This document shows, in pieces, positions 1-11,100 of a DNA stretch of 64,000 nucleotides (position 1 is the first letter of the stretch; every line of letters starts with the position of its first letter). Under the pieces are notes generated by a model, which saw nothing but the letters and a program-made list of their open reading frames with translations, made no database searches and was not told the origin of the DNA. Made by a program: the position numbers and the translations under genes. The stretch lies in NCBI RefSeq assembly GCF_009914755.1, contig NC_060935.1; one strand, written 5' to 3'. Source of the DNA: the human T2T-CHM13v2.0 reference genome, Homo sapiens.

Positions 1-1876
1 GCTCACCCTTCAGTGTTGATTTAAAGGGATGGGGAAGGTCAGGAAGTAGAGCCGGAGAAATGGAGTCAACTGTGTTTTCCTTAGAGAAATAATTCATGGG
101 GCCTAGAGCTCTGAGGACCCTAACTCACGGCAGGGGAAGAGGAATCCCATCCTTCATCCACGGCACGTCCAGCCCCGCACACAGGGGCCGTTAGCAGCCC
201 TGCTGGCGGCCAGCGCACCAGGCACACTCCATCACGGCCGCCACCCCCAGACGCAGCCCTGACTCCGGCTCCAGCCGCCCCGGCCTCCAGATCCTCCTCC
301 CGCCCTGTCTCACCCCGGCCTGTGCTGTCCCGTCGCAGCCCCCATGTCTCCCACAGGCCTCCCTGCCAGGGAGGAGAAAGGGGCTGGGGAGCTACTGCAC
401 CCCCATCTCCACAGCACACCGGGGGCTCCCTCACTCCCCAGTCGTCACTGGGCATCCTTCTGCATGGCAGCCCACTGACCCCGGTAAGGGGCTGGCTGAG
501 GGCCGGGCCTTAGGGGAGATAATAGCCTCAGGGGCCTGCCAAGTGCGTGGCCTGGGCCCAGTCCCAGGGGGTGCCCAGATGGAGGCAAGACCAAAATGCG
601 GGGATGAGCACGGGGTGAGGCTGGGCGCATTTCTTGAAGAATGGGGGATAGGGACGGGCGTGTGGCGGTCCAGCGTGAGAAACAGGGCTGCCAGTCCTCG
701 GCGGGGGTGGGTGATTCACACAAGACCCCACTTTCTGGGTCGTTGACTTGACCAATGGTTTCTGGTCTGAGCCGGGTGTCACAACTGAGGCCCCCGGGTA
801 TCTGTCCCAGCCGCGTGTGGCATGACCTAGCCATGTCACTGGGTAGTCTTCCCCAAAGCATCCACACCCACCTCACATGCCTGCTGCAGAGGAGCGCGGA
901 GCAGGCCGGGGTGGGCAGGCGGCCCCACTCAGGGTCTGGAAGGCTTGGCCTCTCCAAGAGCCCTGCGTGCCGCACCCATGGAGCTGAGCTTGGGGTAGCC
1001 AACCAGGGCTGTGCGGGGAGGGCCCACAGGAAGGGCCCTGGGTGGAGTGGGATGCTCAGGGGTTCAGCTGGGGGTCTGCTCCCACCACCTCAGGCACACA
1101 CACAGCCCACAGAAGGGACCGGCTGGACGCGCCAGCTCCCGTGACCCGCTCCTGCCTGGAGGCTCAGGGAGGGAGGGAGCAGCACCTGGGCAGGTCTGTC
1201 TTTTCCCCAGTACAAGGGCCCACTGTCGTGGCGCATGTGCTCACACAGGCTCTTTCATGCATGGGGACCAGAGAGGGTCTCACAGGGCCCCTCCGGCCCG
1301 GGCGTCAACCTCACCACCCCCACACCTGGGCAAGACCCCTGTCCAACCCAAACAGGCTGTTCCTGCAGAAGGAACTCGCCCGGAAAGATGCATCTCCCAA
1401 GGCTGACAGGACCACTCCCGCCTGTGTCTGGACATCCTCAGCGTGGCAGGAGTGGGAGAGGGACCCTGACCCAAGAGATAGCAAGTGGGCCCGCGGCCTT
1501 GCCTCGGTCGCCCCCAACATGACAGCCCTTCCCCTCGTGGACATCTCCAGCTGGGAGCAGGGTCGGGGACAGCCAGAGACAAAGGCAACAGGACGAGGGA
1601 GAGAGCCGACAGCGCTGCTCCGTGTCCCCATTCATGTTCATTTATTGCCATGCAGGGGTGATGCAAGGCCCAGGCAGTGCCATGCTGCGTGCATGGGAAG
1701 GGGTGGAGGGCCCTCGGGACCGCACCGGGCTGTGCTCATAGCTGGACGGCCCCACTTCTCTATGCTGATGAGTTTATAGCCATGATGGGCCCAGCTCTAC
1801 GGCCCACAGGAGCCCATGCCCTGGCAGCTCCAGGTAAGAGCCAAGCTGCCGGAATGGAGCAGAAACCCCTCTGTCT

Positions 1877-2244
1877 TCTGTCCTCCTCCTCCCCAGGTGC
1901 CGCACCCTCGGTCCCCTCCTCTCTATCTCCAGCACCGCTCACAGCTCCGCACCCCCAGAATTCCCTGCATTGTCGTCTCTGCGTCTTGGGGCCCTGCAGA
2001 GATGCCTGCAGTGCCCTGTGCGTGGTGGCCAGGGCCTGGGCTGCGGTGTACGTGAGTGCCCGTCTCATCTCCGTAACCGGCTAAGAGTTCTTTCAAGGCC
2101 AAGAATTCTTCTCTTTGACCATATTTCCACCCCTCCGCCTGCCCTAAGACGCTCTCCATAGTGGACGCTGCACTTTGCCATGGCATGCCGGGTGGACAGG
2201 ACTGCTGGTGCCCCCGTGTTCCAGCCTCTCCTGCGCCTCCAGAT
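1877..2244. repeat. ~370-bp direct duplication, copy 1 (copy 2 at 3873-4247)
   Basis: Sequence TCTGTCCTCCTCCTCCCCAGGTGCCGCACC...CTGCGCCTCCAGAT recurs ~2 kb downstream with only scattered substitutions and small indels; the ORF track shows the same peptides at both places. Confidence 0.95.
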
Positions 2245-2959
2245 GCCTCCTGAGGGCATCTGGGGCATCTGGTTCTCCTCTTTGGGAGCTGGCAGTGTTC
2301 CTGGGGCGGCTTGATAGTGTCCCATCTATGGCATCACTTCCGTACCTGGTGGCAGATGAGCAGCCAGGTGCTGGGGCAGGAGTGGGCTCTTCCTGTCCCT
2401 GGCTCCCTGGGCTCCTCCTCTGCCCCATCCTGCCCCCACCCACCTCCTTGGGCCCCTCTGCCTCAAGCCAACACATGCCTCTGCAGTCTAGAACCTGAAG
2501 TCACATTCGCGGTTGCCTGTCTGCACTGGGGGTTCCCATCTTCTGGCCTCCAGCAGGGGACGAAGGCCAGGGACACAGCGGTTCCTCCTGGTCCACCCCA
2601 GGGCTTAAAGTGAGGACAGGCTGGAGAAGGCCAGCCCCTTGAAGGTAGCTGTAGTGGCTGCCATCTTGGGACTGCCCTCCCACCTCCCACCTTTCCTGCA
2701 ACCATCAGCCGTATTAGCTGAGTGAACGAGTGAGTGAGTGACTGCCCGATTCAGGAAGTCAGCTTGGCCAGGTGGGAAAGCCAGGCTGCCATCCTCTTCC
2801 TCGGGCTTTGGTGGGTGCTCCTGGCCAGGGCCTGGCTGAGTGGGCAGGTGGCGTGAGCCGAGCACCGCCTGGCATCCCTGCCTGGCCATGGGGGGTCCCC
2901 CAGAGCAGGAGGCCTGTGGCTGCAGTGATCTGAGAGAGCACTGGCCTTGGGATGCTCTT

Positions 2960-3452
2960 TTCTATTTTTAAAAAACAGCTTTATTGAGATGAAGTTCACA
3001 TACCCTAAAATCCACCCACTCAATGGCTTCTAGTATATTCCCAGAGTTGTGTAGCCTACTAGGACATTTTCATCACCCAGAAAGCAATGTGCACCCCTTA
3101 GCTGGAGCTCCCAGCTCCCTGCTCCCTTCTGCCCCTGGCTATGACTGGTCTGCTTTGGATTGGCCTGTTCTGGATGTTTCATGAGTGAACCACTCAGGGT
3201 CTGTGTGGCTTTTCGTGTCTGGCTTATTTCACTTGGTGTGGCATCTTCAGGGCGCACCCATGTCGCAGCCTGCCCCAGGATCTCCTTCCCTCTGTGGCTG
3301 AGTCGTGCTCCACTGGGTGAACGGTCCGCGTGTTCATCCGCCGTCCATCAGTGGACACGTGGCGGCTTCCGCCTTTTGGCTCTCGTGAGCAAGGTTGTGG
3401 TGCACACGTGTGTGCACATTTTTACGTGGATGTGAACTTGCCGTTTCTCTTG
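2960..3452 (-). mobile_element. Ancient L1 (L1MB-like) 3' UTR fragment
   Basis: Antisense L1M 3'-end hallmarks: CAGCTTTATTGAGAT...TTCACATAC, TGTCTGGCTTATTTCACTT, CCATCAGTGGACAC..., TTTCTCTTGG. Subfamily from recall. Confidence 0.75.
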
Positions 3453-3872
3453 GAGGGATCGGGCATTTTCTTGCCTGGGGTGTGCATGTGAGGCTGCTGT
3501 AGCCTCACTGAGGAAGTGACTGTCCCAGGCTCTAGAGGTGCCTGAGGGCGGCCGAGGGATGGGGCCGGCTCCACAGACGTCCCTACCGTGGAGCTCCAGA
3601 TGGTGTGCTCATGAAGGCGACATCTTCCTGGGCTGCTTCTCACGAGGGGCGCAGGTGGGCTCCCGAGTGGCCTGGAAGCTGGGGAGAGGCGTGGATGCGG
3701 ATGGCGTGTTGCTCTTGGGCTGGCCCCCAGGCGGTTCCTGCAGGGCGCTGGGAGCTTGGCCTGGGCTGGGGCTCGGGTTGGGGCTCAGGGGTTGGACCGA
3801 GGTGCCCAGCCCCAGGGCTCTGGCCGCCTTGTGCATGCTCCCTTCCCTGTCATTCTCTGCCATCTTCGTGTC

Positions 3873-4247
3873 TCTGTCCTCCTCCTCCCCAGGTGCCGCA
3901 CCCTCGGTCCCTGCCTCTCTGTCTCCAGCACCGCTCACAGCTCCGCACCCCCAGAATTCCCTGCATTGTCGCCTTTGCGTCTTGGGGCCCTGGGAGCAAG
4001 CACGATGCCTGCAGTGCCCTGTGCGTGGTGGCCAGGGCCTGGGCTGCGGTGTACGTGAGTGCCCGTCTCATCTCCGTAGCCGGCTAAGAGTCCTTTCAAG
4101 GCCAAGAATTCTTCTCTTTGACCATATTTCCACCCCTCCGCCTGCCCTAGGATGCTCTCCATAGTGGACGCTGCACTTTGCCATGGCATGCCGGGTGGAC
4201 AGGACTGCTGGGGCCCCCGTGTTCCAGCCTCTCCTGCGCCTCCAGAT
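3873..4247. repeat. ~370-bp direct duplication, copy 2
   Basis: Aligns to 1877-2244. Confidence 0.95.
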
Positions 4248-7200
4248 ACGGCTGCTTCCTGGGTCTGGGTGTCTGAGGGGACGTCCCTCAAGGTTCCCAC
4301 CCAGCTCAGCCTGTCAGGAGCCGCACCCTGCGAGGCCTGAGACCACACCATGCCGGGTGGGGACACACGGGCCCTGAGTGACCTGTTGGGCATCTGCGTT
4401 CACCACCCCACCCTGTCTGAGATCATCCCCAGCACCAGTCCCCCCAAATCGCTTCATTATTTCTTTGTAAATAGGGCTTTTTCTAGTCAAAATAGTCAGC
4501 TTTTCTTGTTTCTCCGACATCTGGCTTTGATTGGCCCTGGCCTCCGTGGACGCTGGGGCCCTGACGCTGTGTCCAATGGGGAGGGCCGGCCAGGCCTGCA
4601 TTCTCCCTGCACAAAGCCAGCTCTGCGAGAGGGTGGGAGACCCCCCACCGTTCTCCCCCTCACATCTGCACTCCTTGCCTTGGCCTGGGCCCAGCTCTGC
4701 AAAGCTGAGACCCTAGGGGGCTCACCCCATGGCTAGAGTGACCCCTGCTCTGGGGCGCCCATGGTGGGAGGCTGGGGGCGCTGGCCTTCAGAGACGTCCC
4801 TCAGGCCCAGGACAGAGCCGCTACCCCATCCTTCCCTCTGACGTTCTTTGCCATCCTCCCTCACTGAGAGACATGAGACAGAAGATTCCAGAAATCCCAT
4901 GGAATTCTACATGGAATTCATAGAAGCTCAGATGTGCAGGGTCCGCAGCCTGTCCCAGGAGGGTGCAGCCGTGGGACCTGCAGCAAACATTTCCCGCAGA
5001 GACAGGGGTCCACAGGTCCAGGCCCCGTCACCCCAGGGAAGTTGGGGGCTGGAAAGGGATGGGCCCGTTGGGTCCGACAGTAACGCCCCTTCCTGCTTCT
5101 CCACTCCTTCCTGCCTGGCATCCGCACGGCAGAGGCCCTCCACGCAGCGTCAGGGACTCGAAGCCCACCTTTGCACAGTCCTCTGAGTTCCCCTGAGGGC
5201 ACCCCTGAGGCAGAGGCCTGGTTCAGGGCACTCAGTGGGTGGAGAGGCCAGGTAATGAGTGAGCAGCCTCCCCTCCAGATTGGGGAGCCCATGGCCCTGC
5301 TCTGCAGAGCCCCCTTAGCCGGGCCAGTCCCGGTCACGCGATGCTGCTCGCCTCCTTCCCACAGGTTCACTGGGAGGGCTTCGTGTCCGTGCGTCCCGTA
5401 TTCTCAGCGCGGTTGCTCAGCACTCTGCGTGATGACAGTGTCGTGGGTTTTAGCACTGATCGCAGAAGGAAGGGTGCCATTGTCTGTCAGTACGAGACGC
5501 CACTGGTATTTGGATAATTATGGAAGTGCTCAAATATCCCAGGATAGAAATCTGAACGCATCCCTGAGGTTGATGAATTGGCGTGTGCCTCCCCCTGCAC
5601 CCTCCTCACCAATGGGTACCCATGAGCAGCTTCCTGGGGTGTACCTGGGGTGCCCCGGGCCACCCACATGGCCGTCCCTCCTCCGGCAGTGGTGACATTG
5701 GGCACATCTGCGCTCCCCGCCTTGGCCTGGGCCCACTGAAGGGAAGTAGCAGGGAAGTAGCCAGAGGACAGCCTGAGCCCGTGACACGGCCCAGTTAGCA
5801 GCAGGCTCGGCCGGCAGAACTGACCAGTCACAGATGCCGAGTGAGGCCCATTCCAGGCGAGGACACCGCCGTGCTCCCGGCGCGTGGGCACTGGGCATGG
5901 TCCCGGCCTGCGAGAGTTTGCCACAGACCCCAGGAGGAGCGAGCCGGGCCCAGGATGGAGCACAGGAGACCACCAGGAGCGGCTCAGGCCCCGTGTGTGG
6001 GGTTGACAGCAGGACCCTGGGCAGTGCTTCGGGGTTGGGAGGAGATGCTAGCGGGGCCAACCCTTCAACTCACTCCCTCTCAGCTTCTCAGCCTGGAGCC
6101 AGGGCCGCCCAGGCAGGCCCCAGCTTTCCCAGCTGCAGGCGGCCCCCTCCTCCTGGCCTGGGGGAGGTGTTCCCGGCAGCCCTCGCGCGGCCCAGGGCAG
6201 GGGTGAAGCAGCCTGTTAAACAGAACAAGGTGCTCGCGGCTCATACCTTAGCTTTACGAAGTGTTTGGAATTCCGACGGCCCCAGCAGCTGGGTGCGCCC
6301 TGCCCCGTTCTCCCTGGGACTTTACCGGCGGCCAGGGCCTTAAATAATTCTTGCAAAAACCATGTCAGCCCCAAACTGTGTGATATCTGATTTGTAGCAC
6401 TCATAAAACCCCATGCCTGCTGCCAGAGAGGGGGAGGGCCGAGCCCGGCCTCGCAGGTCTCATTTCCCGTCTGCGCGTGCGTGGGCGCGAGTGAGGGGTG
6501 CCCTGGGGGAAGGGTGGCCCCAAAGAGCTGGACCCCTGCAGTCCCCGCTGGGGCTCCCGCCTTGCCCTGCGGCCCTCGCCTCCCCGTCGGCAGGGACAGC
6601 GTGGGTCCCCCCATCGCCACATTGGAGACACAGCCTGTTGCGCCCCCCACTTTGTTAACTACGGTTGGTAGTCAGGGTGTCCCCAGTGGCGGGAACAGCA
6701 GCAGCGGTCTCCTCAGGGCCAGCGGAGGGCACGGCTCCTGCCAGCAGGACAGTATGGATGGCACACCCGCCGAACACTGCGGGCCGAGTGTTGGGGCTTG
6801 GAGACCCCACGGGGAGAGGGCCCTGGCCCACCCAGGATGGAGCTCGGGAGGAGGGCCCCCCAAGCAGAGTGGGGGACCGACCGTGTGAAGCGCAGGCTGC
6901 TCCCATGCCCTGAGTCAGAGCTGAGGCCATGTCTTGTCTTCTTTCCATGTTCCGAGCAGACCCCCCGGTGCCCGAAGGTGGGAGCCAGCACAGCTCGGCC
7001 ACTCCTTCCCCCATCATGGGCCAGGAGGTGCCCAGATGACCCCAGGGCAGCTGGGCCTGGCCGTGGGCATCGAGGCATTGAGGAGGAGCTGGGCTCGTCC
7101 CACCTGGAATGCCACCTGAGAACATCCTGGTGACCCCGGGCGGGAGTGGGAGCCCTCAGCCTCAGGGCTGCCGGTCAGGGGGCCTGGATAAGCCCGGCTT

Positions 7201-7859
7201 TGGTTGTGCACACACTGGGGAGGGGGCGGACCCATTGATTGGTGGCTCCTCGGTAGGGGATGGTCATTAAAGCCCCAGATCAAAGGGCTCTGGAAACACA
7301 CGCTCATTAGGAAGGCCAGCGAGCCGGCAGGCCGGGGGCGTAGATGGGGCTCTGCTGTTCATTCACCACCACCGGGGTCAGAAAACCCAGCCCCCCAACC
7401 GCCCACCCCGAGCCACAGGCTGGAGCCACAGAACGCCCATGGGCCTGGGCCATGGTGGGAGAGATTTTCGGGTAGCCCCCAAGGCCCCCACCCTTCTGGC
7501 CTTCAGTGGCCATCCTGCGGTTAGTGAGAGGACCGATGGCTGGCCACTGGGACCTGGGACTCGAGGGCCCTGCCCGCGGGTGTAGGAGGGACACATGGGC
7601 TGCCCAGGGGCTGGGGCATGGCACTTCCCCCAGCTGGTTCCTAATGGCTGGCAGACAATGGCCACCGCCTGGACCGGGAGCACAGGAAGCTGGGGCCCCG
7701 GAGCAGGCCTGGTGGCGGCTTCTGGGAGGGAGGCCTGGCTGTGGGTGTGCGGCCTGGGTGAGGGGCCAGGAGTCCGGGTTTCCACTTTGAGCTGCTGCCT
7801 TGCAAGCCTGAGGCCCCTGGCTGTCACTTTGTCTTGATTTGTCTAAAATGTGGAGACGA

Positions 7860-8160
7860 GGCCAGATGCAGTGGCTCATGCCTGTAATCCCAGCACTTTG
7901 GGAGGCTGAGGTGGGTGGATCACTTGAGTCCAAGAGTTCGAGACCAGCCTGGCCAACATGGAGAAACCCTGTCTCTACTAAAAATACAAAAATTAGCCAG
8001 GTGTGGTGGTGGGCGCCTGTAATCCCAGCTACTCGGGAGGCTGAGGTAGGAGAATCACTTGAACCTGGAAGGTGGAGGTTGCACCACTGCACTCCACCCT
8101 GGGTGACAGAGCAAGACTCTGTTTCAATAAATACATAAATAATAATATAATAAAATAAAA
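7860..8160 (+). mobile_element. AluS element
   Basis: GGCCAGATGCAGTGGCTCATGCCTGTAATCCCAGCAC start, TACTAAAAATACAAAAATTAGC linker, A-rich tail; TSD TAAAA(T/C)GTGGAGA(C/T)GA at 7844-7859 and 8156-8171; short deletion in the right arm. Confidence 0.95.
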
Positions 8161-11100
8161 CGTGGAGATGATAATGCTTGCCCAGGAGACACGGGCCTCC
8201 AGAAGAAGCCCGCCTAACATCGAGCTTCGCCCTGAGGGTCCCCGCCCCCGATACCCAGCCCCTCCTCCCCCGGTGCCTGCTGGCACATGGCAAGCCTGCC
8301 ACCTCCCTGCCAGGTGGGATTCTGTCCCGCGCTGTCTGTCCCTCACGCGGCCACGGTGTGGCAGAGCATGCCAGGCAAGGGCACCGGAGGCTCAGGCCTC
8401 ATGGCACGGACCGTTTTTCAGAGATGGCATTGCCACTGCTGGCCTGGGATGGGACCTCCCTCTGTGCTGCCCCTAGACAGCCAGCCATGCACCGATTGGA
8501 GCCAGCTCAGCTCCTCCGCAGTCCCCACCCTGGTCAGGGCCTAGCTCTGCCCCCCAGGGGTGTCTCACCCCCTTAAGGAGCGTTCCAGGTCCTAGCCTTC
8601 CTTGGGACTGTGTCCCCGACCCCCAGGGCTGCCTCCTGCCGACAGGCTGGTCCCCAGTGAGGAGGTGCTGGGGGGCTGCAGGGCCGCCGGGTCGTGTGTC
8701 CTGGTCACCCTCTGTCGGGGTGCCTGACCCTGCTCCCCAGAGGGCTGGCTGGGGCTCCTCTGTGGTTTTGGGGCCCTGCCCAGGCACCCTGCCTGGCTTC
8801 AGGAGGTCAGCTGCCCCGGGGCTCTGTGCTGCTGCTGCTGTTTTTCTTTCGGTTTAACAAAACAAACCCCACCAGCCGGCAATGGACTGCTCCTGATACG
8901 CATCCCTCCTCACCCTCCAGAGGCCCCGCTGCTGGGCACAGAGGTCTTCAGAGCCTGGGATCATGGACCCTCTCCTCCCAACAGCTCTTCAGGGCAGCCC
9001 GTGGGGTGCTCGTGGCTTGAGTGAATGGTTGGTTCCCGTCCTGCTGGAGGAGGGGGCGCCCGCCAGGCCCGGGCCTCAGCTCTGAAGTCTGGGAAAAGCC
9101 CTCTGGCATCCTGCTAGGGTGCAGGTGTGGCTGAGAACACTGCGGAGCAAACATGCTCAGAACATCAGCCCCCAAGGGTTCCCGGGAACCCAGAGTCCCG
9201 GAGCTGGACAGCCGGCTGAAGGATCCCCTAGGTCCTGGGCGACCCCACGCGTGCCCGCGGGATGAGGCAGCTTACACTCTAGAAGGTGCCTCCCAAAATA
9301 AAACCCAGGCTCGGGGCCCTGAGGGGACCCTGTGGGGGGGCCCTGTGGGGCTTAGGACCAGCTGCTCTTCCCATCTCAGCCCTGTCCTCCCTACGAGAAC
9401 ATCCCCTGCTCGCCTGGGCCCCTGGGCCTCACCCCAGCTAAATCCACCGGGCCCCTCAGCTGGTACATAACAGGGAAACTATGTGTTCCGAGCCTCCCTC
9501 GGGGCTCAGGGAGGACGTGCCCACTTGTGCAGGGTGAGGGGCCAGCAGCTGCCCGGGGAGCGTGATGAAGGCCTCCAGGAATGCCCTTTATCTGAGGGTA
9601 TCTGGTTGCCCGCCGGGATGCCGGGAAGCCGGAGTTCCAGCCCTCCCCTGACTCCTGCGAAAACAGAAATAGCTCAGGGAGATGGGACACAGTTGTCCAC
9701 ATCAGTCAAGAGGACCCAGCCAGCACGGCCGTTTCTGAACTCTTCTGACCTCAGGCTTTTCCAAGAGTCGCCGCCCGGAGGCCCCTCAGCCCCCAGCCAG
9801 GGAAGCTGCTAGGCCCTCCGGAAGCCCCAGGAAGGGGCTAAGAAGGGGCCGCACTGGTCATGCAGGGACCATTTCTGCCACTCCCAAGTTGTTGAGGTCC
9901 GAGCCTCTCCTGGCAGCATGGGGCGGGGGCACGTGGGCAGCAGCTTCTGCAGGGGCCACCTTCTGCCCAGGCTTCCTCATATTTGCCTGGGGTCCCCCGC
10001 CGCAGGCTCAGCTGCAAGCAGCAGATAGGACGCTGGGTTGGCTGGGGGACCCTGGGGCGTGGAGGGGCTGTGTGGGGCTGTGGGTGCAGGAAGAGAAGCG
10101 CTCCTCGTCAGGGGGCAGGGACACAGCAGAAACCCAGGGCGCTTCTCACACCCAGCAGCCTGGACCTGAGACGGCTGGGGGGACCCCGAGGACAGATAGG
10201 GTGGCTGGGCGGGGTGCTGTGGGGATGCAAGGGCAGGCGCCGGAGCAGCGGCCTGGGCCTCACACGCTGGACCTCGTGCCTGTCCGTCAGGCTCATGGAA
10301 CATTCTCGACAAGGCCTGGGAGCCGGGGGCCAGGGCGTGGGCATCCTGAGGGGGTGCCGTCTGTGGTGGACACGCAGGACTCTTGGTCTGCCTGAGGTAT
10401 GACCCCTCCCAGCCATGCCTGGTGTGTCATCACCACGGCAACACCGGGAGAGGCAGGCAAACACAGGACAACAGACCAGTCTGGCTCTGCATGTCCCCTG
10501 GAGGGGGCAGGACGGTTGGGGAGAAACCCTCTCGGCAGCCTCAAGCCAGCCCTGCCCCACCCGCTGGGCTCGGACCACGCAAAGCACGTGGGGGGGCCGG
10601 TAGGGGGCTTGGGCAGACAGGGCCAAGTGCCCAGGCCCGGGTTCAGGGTCACCCAGGATTTTGGGGTTTGGGGAGAAAGCAGTTTGGCCTCTCCCACACC
10701 CACATTCTGGGAGCTTCCAGGCGACTAGCGCCTTGGGCAGGCGTCCGGCCCCTTTAGGAGGCCTCTGTCTCCTTCCGCTACAAAGGAGGGAGCCCCCTGC
10801 CTCTCAGGACACGGGGGCCTCAGGCTCATTCAGGAGTGCTGGGCTGGGCCACCAGGTCCCGGTCTCCGGGGATGCCGGCCTCGGCCTGCCTGGTGGGGGC
10901 AGCAGAGCAGTGCGGTCGGTCGGACGCCTCCCTCTCCCCGCTTGGGGGGCCTCCTGCCCCCAGCCCAGCCGGTTTGCTCCACATGGCGCCTTCCCACCAC
11001 CCCCTCCCCCGGAATGCAGTCCCAGAACACAGGTCTGGAGCGCACACCCAGCCCCCGGGCAGCCCCACCCTCCTTCCGGGCAGCCTGCCCTCCCGGCCCT

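Noticed and set aside
1834-1896. 63-nt GT-AG mini-intron
   Set aside because: Below the usual minimum human intron size and unsupported without transcript data; kept only as part of the duplication finding.
7307-8302. 331-aa ORF and similar ORFs at 20075, 27728, 45132, 46433 and 61721
   Set aside because: Contain typical Alu-derived peptide (e.g. [10 protein letters not shown]); not genes.
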